Assembly (NCBI GenBank): GCA_002502625.1
Contig: DAPV01000035.1
Span: 6,279-70,278 of the forward strand
Length of the DNA stretch: 64,000 nt
From: Euryarchaeota archaeon UBA125
Lineage (GTDB): Archaea; Thermoplasmatota; Poseidoniia; Poseidoniales; Thalassarchaeaceae
Reading direction: 5' to 3'
Of this stretch, positions 10,547 through 20,653 are shown piece by piece (position 1 is the first letter of the stretch; every line of letters starts with the position of its first letter). The position numbers were made by a program, and so were the translations under genes. The notes under the pieces are model-generated. The model saw only the letters and a program-made list of their open reading frames with translations, ran no database searches and was not told the DNA's origin.

Positions 10547-10774
10547 ATGAAGTCCCATGAGGCGGTACTGAGTTGGGCAGGAAACCCTGACGAATTAGAG
10601 GTACTCAAAGCCTCAATAGAAATTGATGACCCTGATTCTTTTGATATTACAATTCTACAAGATGAAATGGAAATACGTGTGCATTCAACCTCGCTCAGAA
10701 GTTTAAGAAGTACAGTAGATGACATCTTAGCGTGTCTTGCTGCTGCTGAATCTGCACTAAATCAAGTGAATTAG
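10547..10774 (+). CDS. pcc1: KEOPS complex subunit Pcc1
   Basis: 75 aa; ...IRVHSTSLRSLRSTVDDILACLAAAE matches the Pcc1 C-terminal pattern. Confidence 0.8.
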   Translation: MKSHEAVLSWAGNPDELEVLKASIEIDDPDSFDITILQDEMEIRVHSTSLRSLRSTVDDILACLAAAESALNQVN

Positions 10775-10824
10775 ATGAAAGAAATTAATCGGAATCATTC
10801 AAACATGAAATAGGGTTCGTAGGC

Positions 10825-11856
10825 ATGGTGACAGACACTGATTCCACCGTGACGGACTCTTCGGAGTCTGGGGACCTCTCGATCACAGCCGAGAAGGTTC
10901 GACTACCGCACGACCAGAGCGGAATGCTATGGTTTGAAGATCAACCTACAGCACTTTTCCTTGAAAGTATAGATCGTTGGACGCGTACGTTACTTGAAGA
11001 TGATGGGTTCGTTCCTGTGGGTGCCTCAAAACTTACTGTAAGAGCTCGTGTTGTTACTAAAGAGGCTGGTACATTATGTGGAGTTCATGTCATTAATCGT
11101 CTTCTTGATGTTCATGTCCCCCATATCAACAGAGCATGGCAAGCCAGGGAAGGAGGGCACTTTCAATCCGGTGATGTAATTCTAATACTTGATGGAACAC
11201 CTAGAGATATCCTCTCAGTTGAACGAATAATCTTAAATTTCTTGGGAAGACTTTCTGGAATTTCTACCTTAACAGAAAAATGGACAAAGGGGCTAAGTGG
11301 AATGAAAGTGGCATCTACTCGAAAGACATCATGGGGACTTCTAGACAAATGGGCTGTCCATGTCGGGGGAGGATTAACTCATCGTCTTCGAAAAGGTGAT
11401 GCTGTAATGATCAAAGAGAACGACCAAATCGCACTGAGAGAAGATGATGAAAGTCGGTCTAAAGAGACAATGAAGAGATGGATACAGACGACCGATTTTA
11501 ATTGGCATGGGTCCTTTACAGTAATCGAAGTTGACTCTATTTCATTGGCATTAACTGTGGCAAAATCATGGTGTAATCGTATGATGGAGACAGATGAAAA
11601 TCGACCCCTTGTAATAATGTTAGACAATATGGGACCTGTAAAAACAAAAGAAGCTGTAATGGATCTGAAAAGTCATGGATACAATGAATGGATTTACACA
11701 GAAGCAAGTGGGAATGTAAAATTTGAAGATATTGATGAATGGAAAATAACCGATGTGGATGTGATTTCAACTAGCAAACTCAACATGGGAGTGTCTTCAA
11801 TTGATATGAGTATGTTATTGGATGACGAAGGTATTAGAGAAATTATACCAGAATAA
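10825..11856 (+). CDS. nadC: Quinolinate phosphoribosyltransferase (nicotinate-nucleotide pyrophosphorylase)
   Basis: L.ED, ER..LNFL.RLSGI.T, STRKT, GGG..HR, MIKEN, IEV, MLDN, EASG and VDVIS motifs. Confidence 0.9.
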   Translation: MVTDTDSTVTDSSESGDLSITAEKVRLPHDQSGMLWFEDQPTALFLESIDRWTRTLLEDDGFVPVGASKLTVRARVVTKEAGTLCGVHVINRLLDVHVPHINRAWQAREGGHFQSGDVILILDGTPRDILSVERIILNFLGRLSGISTLTEKWTKGLSGMKVASTRKTSWGLLDKWAVHVGGGLTHRLRKGDAVMIKENDQIALREDDESRSKETMKRWIQTTDFNWHGSFTVIEVDSISLALTVAKSWCNRMMETDENRPLVIMLDNMGPVKTKEAVMDLKSHGYNEWIYTEASGNVKFEDIDEWKITDVDVISTSKLNMGVSSIDMSMLLDDEGIREIIPE

Positions 11857-11877
11857 TCAAAACTATGAGGAGAAAAT

Positions 11878-12642
11878 ATGGGCGATATCCCAGAATCACA
11901 TCCTCGAAGGGAGTCATTATTGTCTAGACAAAAACTAGTTGATGCTGCTTCAAAGGGAATGTTAGCAGAATCGGCATTGATTGCACATGGAAGAGGTGAA
12001 GCCTTCGATTATCTCTTAGGAGAGAAAACCTGTGATTCTGCTAGATTAGCGATTACGGAAACTGCATATAGATTACTAAATTCTGAAAAATGTGTTATTT
12101 CAGTCAATGGAAATACAGTTGCACTTGCAGGACCGCAACTGATTGCCTGTGCCGCAGTATTGAACTGCCCTATTGAAGTCAACATTTACTATAGAACCCC
12201 AAAAAGAATGGAGGTTTTACTTTCGACATTAATGGAACAACAACAACTTGCATTGAAATTATATCCTCAAATAAAGAACAAAATTACTGAAGTAGAAATT
12301 CTTGGAGGAAGCCCAGATAGTAGAATCCCTAACCTTGAGGGGCCGCGAGCTCGATGTCATTCAGAAGGGATAATATCGGCTGATACAATACTTGTTCCTC
12401 TAGAAGATGGAGATCGTTGTGAAGCACTTATTGCAATGGGGAAAACTGTGTGTGTCATTGATCTCAACCCATTATCCAGAACCGCACAGATGGCTACAGT
12501 AACTATTGTAGATGAGTTAACACGTTGCGTTCCGATTCTTCTTGAAACATTAATGCAAAACTCAGTTAAATCCCTTAGATGGAATAATAAGGAAAATTTA
12601 GAAAATGTCATTCAAGAAATACTTAGAAATTTCAATAATTAA
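11878..12642 (+). CDS. pps: Archaeal phosphopantothenate synthetase (DUF137)
   Basis: IP.SHPR..SL..R, IAHGRGEAFDYLLGE, SVNGN, VPLEDGDR and IDLNPLSRT motifs. Confidence 0.95.
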   Translation: MGDIPESHPRRESLLSRQKLVDAASKGMLAESALIAHGRGEAFDYLLGEKTCDSARLAITETAYRLLNSEKCVISVNGNTVALAGPQLIACAAVLNCPIEVNIYYRTPKRMEVLLSTLMEQQQLALKLYPQIKNKITEVEILGGSPDSRIPNLEGPRARCHSEGIISADTILVPLEDGDRCEALIAMGKTVCVIDLNPLSRTAQMATVTIVDELTRCVPILLETLMQNSVKSLRWNNKENLENVIQEILRNFNN

Positions 12643-12643
12643 A

Positions 12644-13837
12644 CTAAGCATTGTCATAGTGAGATTTTAGTTTATCAGTTACAGAGTCACATATTGCTAA
12701 CGAAACCTCAGAAGTGGAAGCAGAACCGCCTAAATCATAAGTTAATGGATTTCCTTTGGCAATCAATTCTTCAATAGCTGACTCTACTATTTGAGAAACA
12801 ATAGTTGCATCCGGATCGTCTTTTCTGCGACCTAACCATTCAAACATTAATTGAACTGAACTCAGCATTGCTATTGGATTCACTTGTCCTTTACCTGCTC
12901 TTTTAGGTGTTGAACCATGAACTGGTTCAAACAACATATGATGATCACCGATATTCGCACTTGCTGCCATACCCATGCCACCTTGAAGTGCACTAGCTAA
13001 ATCTGTAACAATATCACCAAACATGTTTGGAACGACTACTACGTCATAAAATTCAGGTTGACGGACCAACCACATAGTAAACGCATCAATGTATGATTCA
13101 TCGGTTTCAATATTAGGGAAATCCGCAGCTATTTCTCGGTAAATTTTTCTAAACAGTTGACAGCCTCGAGTAACATTACTTTTGTCAACACAGGTTACTC
13201 TTGTAGTACCATCAGAAGGATTTCCTGATCTTTGTAATGCAAGTTCAAAAGAAAAACGTATGACTCTTTCTGATCCTATACGGGAAATAGGGCGAGGATC
13301 CCAAGCAAATTCTCCATCCATTCCAGGTATTGAAATATCTGAAATTCCAGAATATTCCTCTCCTCTAGCCAAGTGTGCAGAGCGAGAAAGTAATGGCTGA
13401 TACAGCCCCTCGGTATTTTCTCGAATAATACTCATATCAACTAGTCCAGGAGTCCAAACTTGTTTGAATTCTCCATGAATTTTATGCCGAATCCCATTGT
13501 ACAATTTTATTGGTCGAACATTAGCAAATAAATCGAGGCCTGAACGTAACCCCAGTATTACTTGTCCGCCAGCAAGATCCCCATTCGGCTTAACAGCTCC
13601 AGGCCAACCAATTGCACCAAGAAGAATGGCATCAGATTCATCTCTACAATGTTCAAATGATCCAGCCGGCCACTCTTCACCTGTTTCAAGATAATATTGC
13701 CCCCCACAAGGGATTTCGGTAATTGAAAATGACAAAGGCGAATGCTGCTCTACAACTTTCAATAAATTAAGGGCCTCTGAAGTAACTTCTCGGCCAGTTC
13801 CATCTCCCGGTAAAACTGTGATACGATGGCTGGCCAT
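12644..13837 (-). CDS. Isocitrate/3-isopropylmalate (beta-decarboxylating) dehydrogenase family protein
   Basis: LPGDGTG.EV, GAIG, LR..LDLFANVRP, RENTEGLY, DKSNV, NMFGDI.TD and FEPVHGS.P motifs. Exact substrate unresolved. Confidence 0.9.
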   Translation of the reverse strand: MASHRITVLPGDGTGREVTSEALNLLKVVEQHSPLSFSITEIPCGGQYYLETGEEWPAGSFEHCRDESDAILLGAIGWPGAVKPNGDLAGGQVILGLRSGLDLFANVRPIKLYNGIRHKIHGEFKQVWTPGLVDMSIIRENTEGLYQPLLSRSAHLARGEEYSGISDISIPGMDGEFAWDPRPISRIGSERVIRFSFELALQRSGNPSDGTTRVTCVDKSNVTRGCQLFRKIYREIAADFPNIETDESYIDAFTMWLVRQPEFYDVVVVPNMFGDIVTDLASALQGGMGMAASANIGDHHMLFEPVHGSTPKRAGKGQVNPIAMLSSVQLMFEWLGRRKDDPDATIVSQIVESAIEELIAKGNPLTYDLGGSASTSEVSLAICDSVTDKLKSHYDNA

Positions 13838-13938
13838 GACTTTCCCAATCGGTAATCATTCATCAATGCCCCTGTCTAAAACATAAATGGGCAAAACAAG
13901 GGAATCGTTCATAGACGGGGGTGATGAGTTAGTAGGCT

Positions 13939-14538
13939 ATGGATGAACAGGGGTCATCTGAAGATTCGACAAAAATTCGTATAGATCCTGATTCTCTGCC
14001 AATAGAAGTTCGGGAATTATGGGAAAATATGCTTCGAATAGATCCTTCTTGGAACTTGTATGATTGGTTAATAGAATGTGCAAATCAAGAAATGGAACTA
14101 CTTGTATCAAAACTCAATGAAGAACAATTAAAATTAGAACATCGTCAACATCGAATTGAACGATTGATTGAACGTGTTGAAAGACAAATGAATGACTCAA
14201 AACGCATTAATGACCCTCATCAAAAGAATTTGTTTGATGCATATAAACAACCAAAGTCCGATATTGCCCCCAAAATTGTGGTGATTCAATCAGAAGAAAT
14301 AATCTCAACGGAAGACATTGATGCTGTAGATGATGATCCGATCTTACGAATCTGTTGCGAACATATTCTTCAAGAAATGGAAGAGTCGCAAGATGCTGTT
14401 CTTCATGAAGATGAAATGATGGAAGTCTGTTCCTTACTAGGCTTTGATTCAAAAGAAGTCAAAGAAGCAATTGAACATCTGATGTCTTCAAATCAAATTA
14501 TCCATCTCGGTGATGGGCTCTACGGCTTTGCAGATTAA
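13939..14538 (+). CDS. Hypothetical protein with coiled coil and C-terminal winged-helix-like domain
   Basis: Central heptad-rich segment; C-terminal EVKEAIEHLMSSNQIIHLGDGLY resembles a wHTH recognition helix plus wing. Confidence 0.65.
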   Translation: MDEQGSSEDSTKIRIDPDSLPIEVRELWENMLRIDPSWNLYDWLIECANQEMELLVSKLNEEQLKLEHRQHRIERLIERVERQMNDSKRINDPHQKNLFDAYKQPKSDIAPKIVVIQSEEIISTEDIDAVDDDPILRICCEHILQEMEESQDAVLHEDEMMEVCSLLGFDSKEVKEAIEHLMSSNQIIHLGDGLYGFAD

Positions 14539-14596
14539 TGGGGCCCGGGGTTCCCCCATCCACTCATAATATAGTTTGGAGACTAAGAGAATATTG

Positions 14597-15364
14597 ATGC
14601 CTCGTTTAATCGCTATAATTCTTGGATTTCTTTCTGCATACTACCTTTGGACGCTTTGGCCAGCTCCCATACCTACAATTTCGACTTGGATAATTGTGAC
14701 GACTCTTGTTGATGCGCCGTATAATTCATCAAATCATAGAAAATTCAAGCAATTATATTCAGAACGGACAAAAAATGCCGAGCATTTATCTCGTGAATTA
14801 AGGGATATTCGGGTTAATTTTGACAAGTTGAATAAATTTTCAAGAGAATTGGAAGATGAATTAACGAGAAGAGATGCTATTGGAGCCCCTGAAGCAAGGA
14901 AATTGTTAGATGAACAAAGAAGAGCCTTGGCTATTCAAGAAAGTGCAATGAAAGAAACAATGAAAGCGATAGATAAACAAAATCAAATGATGATTAGAAA
15001 TCAAGAGTTATTGGATGGAATTCGGCAATCACAGAGATTTGAAACAGAGAAATGGAACCAGATGAAAGAGATGATTGAAGTCTTAATGGATGGGCACGCT
15101 CGAAGAAATGAAAACACGCGTGCGCAAGCTATGGAAGATGCAAGAAGAGTAAATCAAGAAGTCTTCGAAAATAACCGATCTGTACAAGGTATGCTGAGTG
15201 ATTTATTATCAGACATTGCAAGATTACCAAGGCATCAAACGATTTCGGTTGCTGATTCGGTTATGGTTTCAGATTCAAATAAAAAAGGTACAATCACATT
15301 ACCAGATTTACCGAAAAATATTGCTGACTCATGGGTCCGAGCACTTGAAGAAGACATGCAATAA
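14597..15364 (+). CDS. Hypothetical membrane-anchored coiled-coil protein
   Basis: N-terminal hydrophobic segments followed by a long charged/Q-rich helical region. Confidence 0.7.
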   Translation: MPRLIAIILGFLSAYYLWTLWPAPIPTISTWIIVTTLVDAPYNSSNHRKFKQLYSERTKNAEHLSRELRDIRVNFDKLNKFSRELEDELTRRDAIGAPEARKLLDEQRRALAIQESAMKETMKAIDKQNQMMIRNQELLDGIRQSQRFETEKWNQMKEMIEVLMDGHARRNENTRAQAMEDARRVNQEVFENNRSVQGMLSDLLSDIARLPRHQTISVADSVMVSDSNKKGTITLPDLPKNIADSWVRALEEDMQ

Positions 15365-15373
15365 TTGTGGACC

Positions 15374-16093
15374 ATGAAATCTAATGAGGTGGACCACGTT
15401 ACCCCTCCAGAAATCGATGAGCTAGATATCTTGAAACATAGATTAGATTCAGAATTTCAGCGAACAATATTCAGAATAATTTCATTGATACTTACTTGGT
15501 TGATTGGGATTTTTAGTATCTACATGCTTATTGATGTTGAACCATTAGTGAATCAGGTTGGTATTCCAAGTTCGATATTGTTTATTCTATTGTTTCCAAT
15601 TTTATTGATTATTGCATGGGGTGCAGCTGATCATCAACGAAGAGTAGACTCGAATGAAAGTATTAGAGAAACTCATCATGAGAGAGTGGAATCTGATGTT
15701 GATCAAATTATCAATAATGTATCGAATGATCCTCTTGCAAAAGAAGTTAGTTCGTCTGGGGGAGCAATATACAGAACAAGAGGAAAAGATCCCAAAGGAG
15801 TTGCTTTTGGCGGGGGCGCTGACACCTTTGATTCAAAGATGCCAGCAATTGATGGAATGGACTTGAAAATAGAACACGAAGGTCTTGAAGCAGAATTAGA
15901 GCGAAGTACATTGATTAAGGTTGAAGCTGACAATGTTGCTGCTGAAATTTCACAGACATCATGGGAAAGAGCTGAAAGAAATGATCCCGAATTAATTGAA
16001 GCCGGAGTTGAACGTTTGGGCGATTTAGTTGGACAAGGTCATTTTGGAGGTCCGGTTCCATCTAATTCAGAAGAATATTCTGAAAGTCCATGA
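15374..16093 (+). CDS. Hypothetical membrane protein (2 TM, acidic cytoplasmic domain)
   Basis: ORF with two TM helices, co-oriented and adjacent to its neighbours. Confidence 0.7.
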   Translation: MKSNEVDHVTPPEIDELDILKHRLDSEFQRTIFRIISLILTWLIGIFSIYMLIDVEPLVNQVGIPSSILFILLFPILLIIAWGAADHQRRVDSNESIRETHHERVESDVDQIINNVSNDPLAKEVSSSGGAIYRTRGKDPKGVAFGGGADTFDSKMPAIDGMDLKIEHEGLEAELERSTLIKVEADNVAAEISQTSWERAERNDPELIEAGVERLGDLVGQGHFGGPVPSNSEEYSESP

Positions 16094-16115
16094 ACCATGA
16101 CTAGAAGGGAAGTAT

Positions 16116-16904
16116 ATGCCGGAGTCGATGAAGGCCATTCTCGTAGCCGGTGGACACGGTTCTCGTCTATTGCCATTCACCAGGTATATGCAAAAAGCAA
16201 TGCTTCCTCTTCATAGAAGGCCCGTCATTGATTTTGCTCTCGGATTCATTAGACGTGCAGGAATTCAAGATATCACTATCATTGGAAATCGGTTTATCGG
16301 ACAAATTGCGCAACATGTAGGTGTAGGATTGCCTGGTGAAAATATACATTATGTAATCGAAGAAGAGCCGCAGGGAGTTGCGTATGCGCTTAACTTGGCT
16401 AGACCTCATGTCGAAGGTAGTCGTTTGATGGTGTATTTTTCTGATAATATTACTACAGCTGATTTAATCGAAGAAGTAGATATGTGGAAAAAATCAGAAG
16501 ATGCCCCTGGTTGTCTTTTACTGGGGCGATCTGTAAGTGATCCGAGGGCTTTTGGCGTAGGTGTTTTTGATGAAAATGGGAAATTGACAGACATCGTAGA
16601 AAAACCGGCCAATCCTCCTAGCAATATTGCAATCGGTGGAATCTATCTTTATGACGAAAGATTCTGGGATCTTCTCGATGAAGTGAGTGCAACTGAATCT
16701 GATGGCTTCTCTATTTCGGATCTAAATCGCAAATACATTGCAATGGGAGATATTCATCTCAAAGACCTTGGAGATCAAGAATGGTTGGATTGTGGGACTC
16801 CTGATGCATTACTTCGTGCTGCAGAGTTGGCAAAAGAGGGATTACTCTCTCCGGAACCATGCAATTTGCGCCCTGGAGATCCTGATCCTTTTGGTTCGCA
16901 ATAA
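16116..16904 (+). CDS. Sugar-1-phosphate nucleotidyltransferase (RmlA/glucose-1-phosphate thymidylyltransferase-like)
   Basis: KAILVAGG.GSRL.P.T...K.MLP, P.G.A.A, DN, FGV, IVEKP..P.SN.A..G.Y.YD and WLDCGT motifs. Confidence 0.92.
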   Translation: MPESMKAILVAGGHGSRLLPFTRYMQKAMLPLHRRPVIDFALGFIRRAGIQDITIIGNRFIGQIAQHVGVGLPGENIHYVIEEEPQGVAYALNLARPHVEGSRLMVYFSDNITTADLIEEVDMWKKSEDAPGCLLLGRSVSDPRAFGVGVFDENGKLTDIVEKPANPPSNIAIGGIYLYDERFWDLLDEVSATESDGFSISDLNRKYIAMGDIHLKDLGDQEWLDCGTPDALLRAAELAKEGLLSPEPCNLRPGDPDPFGSQ

Positions 16905-16919
16905 AATGGATGTGATGAA

Positions 16920-17744
16920 ATGAAAGTAGGGATAATCGGTGCTGGAATTGTTGGCGGAGCAATGGAGCATTGGTTCTCAGATATTCATGAATTATTTATT
17001 CACGACCCTGTTAGAGGAACTACCCTATCAGATGTGACAGATAATGTGGATATGGCATATATCGCAGTCCCAACTCCAATGTCAGACACCGATGGGTCAT
17101 GTGATCTTTCTATTGTAAAGTCAATATTAAATGAATTACCAAATGGATTTACTGCAGTAATAAAAAGTACTGTTGTTCCAGGTACAACTCAAAAATTTCA
17201 TGATGAGTATCCACATCTAAAAATCGCATATTCTCCTGAATTTTTAGTTGAAAGACGTCATTTAGAAGATTTTGGTAATCAAGATATTCTTGTCTGTGGA
17301 ACGCATCATGAAGATGTTGCTAAACGAGTTTTTGAACAACACATTGATGCCGGAGTGTTGAAAACGGATCAGACATTTTTTGTTGACCCATCAGTTGCTG
17401 AAATGGTCAAATATGCAAAAAATACATTTTATGCTGTTAAGGTAATTTTTGCTAATCAAATGTACGATATTTGCACTGGGTTAAATGCAGATTGGTACAA
17501 AGTAAAAGAGATAATTACGTCCACTCAAGCTCAACCAATCGGAGATTCGCATTTAGATCCTATTTTTGGATTGAATCGAGGATTTGGTGGAAAATGTCTA
17601 CCAAAGGATAGCAATGCTCTGAGAGTATTGGCTGAAGAATTAGGGGTGAAATATGATTGGATGGAGGCTATTCAATCAGATAATTATCGATTAAGAAATA
17701 TCCTAACGGGTAAACCATCTGATGTAGAGACTGGGGATGACTGA
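16920..17744 (+). CDS. UDP-glucose/GDP-mannose dehydrogenase family protein (short form)
   Basis: [36 protein letters not shown] and catalytic [10 protein letters not shown]; only 274 aa. Confidence 0.9.
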   Translation: MKVGIIGAGIVGGAMEHWFSDIHELFIHDPVRGTTLSDVTDNVDMAYIAVPTPMSDTDGSCDLSIVKSILNELPNGFTAVIKSTVVPGTTQKFHDEYPHLKIAYSPEFLVERRHLEDFGNQDILVCGTHHEDVAKRVFEQHIDAGVLKTDQTFFVDPSVAEMVKYAKNTFYAVKVIFANQMYDICTGLNADWYKVKEIITSTQAQPIGDSHLDPIFGLNRGFGGKCLPKDSNALRVLAEELGVKYDWMEAIQSDNYRLRNILTGKPSDVETGDD

Positions 17745-17791
17745 TGTTTTCTGGACGCTAGATTGATGTGAGGGCAGGCTAGGTGAGGGGT

Positions 17792-18229
17792 ATGCTTCCA
17801 GACACGCTGCACACCCTCCCACAGAACGAACGGTTTGCTTATGCTAAACTTCTTGCATTCATTGCAAAGATAGATAATGATGTTACTGTCGATGAAATGG
17901 CTATGTTTGAACAACGAATGGGAACTGCTTTACTATCTCCAAATCAAAGAGCTGCTATTCGTGATTATCTCCAGAATCCACCTACACTTTCTGAATGTCT
18001 TGAAGACTTGAAAACTAGTTCTGATGGCAGAGCTGGAAAATTAGCATTGCGTGATGCTATAATGATGTCTGCCGCCGATGGAACTGTAGATGAAGACGAA
18101 TTTGATGTGCTCATAAAAATTGCTACTGGATTAGGAATGGAAGAATCCGTAGTTGATAATTTGCTTGATTGGGTCATGGATGGATACGATTGGATGGATC
18201 GCGGAACAAAGATCCTTGATGCTTCGTGA
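17792..18229 (+). CDS. TerB (tellurite resistance/DjlA-N-like) family protein
   Basis: A.ID..V..DE and AADG.VD.DE...L..IA..LG duplicated motifs. Confidence 0.8.
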   Translation: MLPDTLHTLPQNERFAYAKLLAFIAKIDNDVTVDEMAMFEQRMGTALLSPNQRAAIRDYLQNPPTLSECLEDLKTSSDGRAGKLALRDAIMMSAADGTVDEDEFDVLIKIATGLGMEESVVDNLLDWVMDGYDWMDRGTKILDAS

Positions 18230-18238
18230 GGGAGCCAA

Positions 18239-18703
18239 GTGTTACCTGACGCTATTGATTTTCTAGAAGATGAAGATCGAGAGGGGTATGTTCGAATCTT
18301 AATTGCCATGGCTGGAGCAGATGGAACGTTGGTTAGGGAAGAAACTGCTGCCATCGAAGCTGCAATGGGAAGAGCATTGATTCCTCCTGGAAAAAGAGAT
18401 TTGTTAAGACAAGAGTTGAAAACAAAATTGAATATTGAAAATGTAGTTGTAGGAATGAGTAACGTTGCAATGAGGTTAGCGTTACGTGATGCAACAATTG
18501 TAGGAGCGTGTGATGGTGAATTTCAAGAAGAAGAAATTCAGTTTCTTCTAGAATTAGCAAAACACTGTGATTTGGGAGAAAAGGATCTGAATCGAATCTT
18601 TAAGTGGGTTGATCAGGGATGGACGTGGTTACAAGACTCAAGAGAGTGGTTAAATTTAGCAGTTGAAACTGATGAAAACGATATACTTGATGACAATGAA
18701 TAA
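18239..18703 (+). CDS. TerB family protein
   Basis: MAGADG....E and ACDG.F.EEE..FL..LA motifs; paralogue of the upstream gene. Confidence 0.8.
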   Translation: MLPDAIDFLEDEDREGYVRILIAMAGADGTLVREETAAIEAAMGRALIPPGKRDLLRQELKTKLNIENVVVGMSNVAMRLALRDATIVGACDGEFQEEEIQFLLELAKHCDLGEKDLNRIFKWVDQGWTWLQDSREWLNLAVETDENDILDDNE

Positions 18704-18841
18704 AATATTCATTTAAAATTCGGCTAAGAACTAGAAACAGATTTTGATAACTAATCATCAATGAACAGGAGGATGGTTCATAGAGGTGAACAATCTTCGT
18801 TAGGCTACGCGCGATGTATCGTTCGGAGGCGAAGACTAAGA

Positions 18842-19426
18842 ATGGGTGTTCATCCGAAGATCGGAATAACAGGGCTTCCTCGCAGCGGTAAGTCCGCTGT
18901 GATGCAAAAAGTCGTGGAGATGTTAGTTAACGAAAGGACTAGTGAACTTAGGGCTCGTGGCGAAGGTACAGTTGATGTCCTAATTATTGCAGGAATGAGA
19001 ACTGAGCCATTAATCGAAGATGGAGAAAGAAAGGGATATCGTTGCATAGATATTGTTACTCAAGAAGAGGCAATTATGGCACACAAAGATATTGATTCAA
19101 GGAACAGGGTCTTTGGGTTTGGAATAGACACGGACACCATGAATACAGTAGCAATTCCAGCCATACAACATGCTATGGACAAGGCAGAAGTAATAGTCAT
19201 TGATGAAATTGGTAAATTTAGTGTTGAATCCGAAGAATTTGTCAAGATTGTAAGAGCCGCATTAGAATTAGACAAACCTACAGTAATGACTCTAGCAAAA
19301 AAATCACGACATCCTTTACTTCAAGACATTAGGCGACGCGATGATGCTCGAATTCTTGAGGTAACTCCAGTAAATCGTGCTCTTCTTCCTTACAAAATTC
19401 ACAAATTAATGCGTGAGACCTTTTAA
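18842..19426 (+). CDS. Nucleoside-triphosphatase (THEP1/NTPase_1 family)
   Basis: KIGITGLPRSGKS Walker A, G..T......G.R.GY and VIVIDEIGK Walker B. Confidence 0.9.
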   Translation: MGVHPKIGITGLPRSGKSAVMQKVVEMLVNERTSELRARGEGTVDVLIIAGMRTEPLIEDGERKGYRCIDIVTQEEAIMAHKDIDSRNRVFGFGIDTDTMNTVAIPAIQHAMDKAEVIVIDEIGKFSVESEEFVKIVRAALELDKPTVMTLAKKSRHPLLQDIRRRDDARILEVTPVNRALLPYKIHKLMRETF

Positions 19427-19465
19427 TCTCCGTTCATTTCATGCACGTAATCGGTATGTGATGCC

Positions 19466-19837
19466 ATGGAGACGCCTGCAAAGACCGTCGAACGATTGGT
19501 TTGGCTAGTAGCAACGGTTACTGCATTTGGTGGTGGAAATTTACTTCTTAATCTTCCAGAATGTGATGCTAATACGATGTGTTCTTATCAAGAAATGTTT
19601 GATTGGAAACTTGGAATTGGTTTGTTATCTATATCATTAATTGGAATCATATTGGGGATACAAGCCATATTAGCAAGAAATACAAATAAGAAAATTTGGA
19701 TTACAATAATATTTGATGATAGATCTGAACGTGAAGTAATTCAAGATGCAATAATTGAGGACGATATAACCGATATTTCAGATGGGTGGGCAAAGTTAGA
19801 AGAGCGTCATCTTACAAATAGATTGGAAGAAGAATAA
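19466..19837 (+). CDS. Hypothetical membrane protein (2 TM)
   Basis: 123-aa ORF with two hydrophobic helices and an acidic tail. Confidence 0.65.
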   Translation: METPAKTVERLVWLVATVTAFGGGNLLLNLPECDANTMCSYQEMFDWKLGIGLLSISLIGIILGIQAILARNTNKKIWITIIFDDRSEREVIQDAIIEDDITDISDGWAKLEERHLTNRLEEE

Positions 19838-19914
19838 TGGAGCACAGGAGGGGATTCGAACCCCTGTAAAATGGATTTGCAGTCCATCGCGTAACCGGGC
19901 TTTGCTACCTGTGC
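19838..19914 (-). tRNA. tRNA-Cys (GCA), intronless, CCA encoded
   Basis: Minus strand reads GCACAGG...ATGGA-CTGCAAA-TCCAT...AGGGG-TTCGAAT-CCCCT-CCTGTGC-T-CCA, with a U73 discriminator. Confidence 0.95.
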
Positions 19915-20024
19915 GTTAAACGAGCGTGCATCCAGTTCTATATGAAAACGACGAGGAATAGAAATCGACAAGATAAACAAAAAACGGCGAGAAGTCTATC
20001 AATAAAGTATAGTGAGACGGGTAT

Positions 20025-20600
20025 ATGCACCCGTTATTTGAAATGAATCAATACCTGATCCAAGAAAAATTTTGGAGGTTTTTCGGAGGTAAATTTTGGT
20101 TTAAGGACATGGAGGGAAATATTGTCGCTTATTGTAAGCAAAAAAGATTTAGATTGAAGGAAGATATTTTTCTATATTCAGATGAATCATGCACTACAGC
20201 TCTTCTAAATATTAAAGCAAGAAATATAATTGATTTTTCAGCGACATACGATATTATTGATGTTTCATCGGGGGAAATCTTAGGATCAGCAAAAAGAAAG
20301 GGTCTCAAATCATTATTGAAAGATACTTGGAAATTGTTGGATGTAAATGGAAATCAATATGGCGAAATGATTGAAGATAGTAACGCACTAGTTAGACGGT
20401 TCGTTCCATTCGGTAAATGGATTCCTGCTCGATATCATATGGAAATTCCTGGAACTGCAGAAATTACATTGAATCAATTATTTAATCCATTTATCAGACG
20501 TACTGTTGTAACTATTCCTCAGGGACATCAAATTGATCGGCGAGTTTTGGTTGGTATCGCATTACTAAACGCTTCCATTGAAGGAAGGCAATCGTCATAA
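20025..20600 (+). CDS. LURP-one/scramblase (tubby C-terminal-like) family protein
   Basis: Repeated beta units: QKRFRLKEDI, KARNIIDFSATYD, RKGLKSLLKDTW. Confidence 0.75.
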   Translation: MHPLFEMNQYLIQEKFWRFFGGKFWFKDMEGNIVAYCKQKRFRLKEDIFLYSDESCTTALLNIKARNIIDFSATYDIIDVSSGEILGSAKRKGLKSLLKDTWKLLDVNGNQYGEMIEDSNALVRRFVPFGKWIPARYHMEIPGTAEITLNQLFNPFIRRTVVTIPQGHQIDRRVLVGIALLNASIEGRQSS

Positions 20601-20653
20601 TCTGTTTTTTAGTATCCATTGGCTTCATATGAGACCCGTTAGGTAAAGTATCC

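Noticed and set aside
10495-10725. N-terminal extension of the 405-aa MutY ORF
   Set aside because: It is antisense to pcc1, and MutY homology starts near ATG 10494.
19838-19914. tRNA-Cys as an integration site for a mobile element
   Set aside because: No integrase and no duplicated tRNA 3' end was seen in the window.
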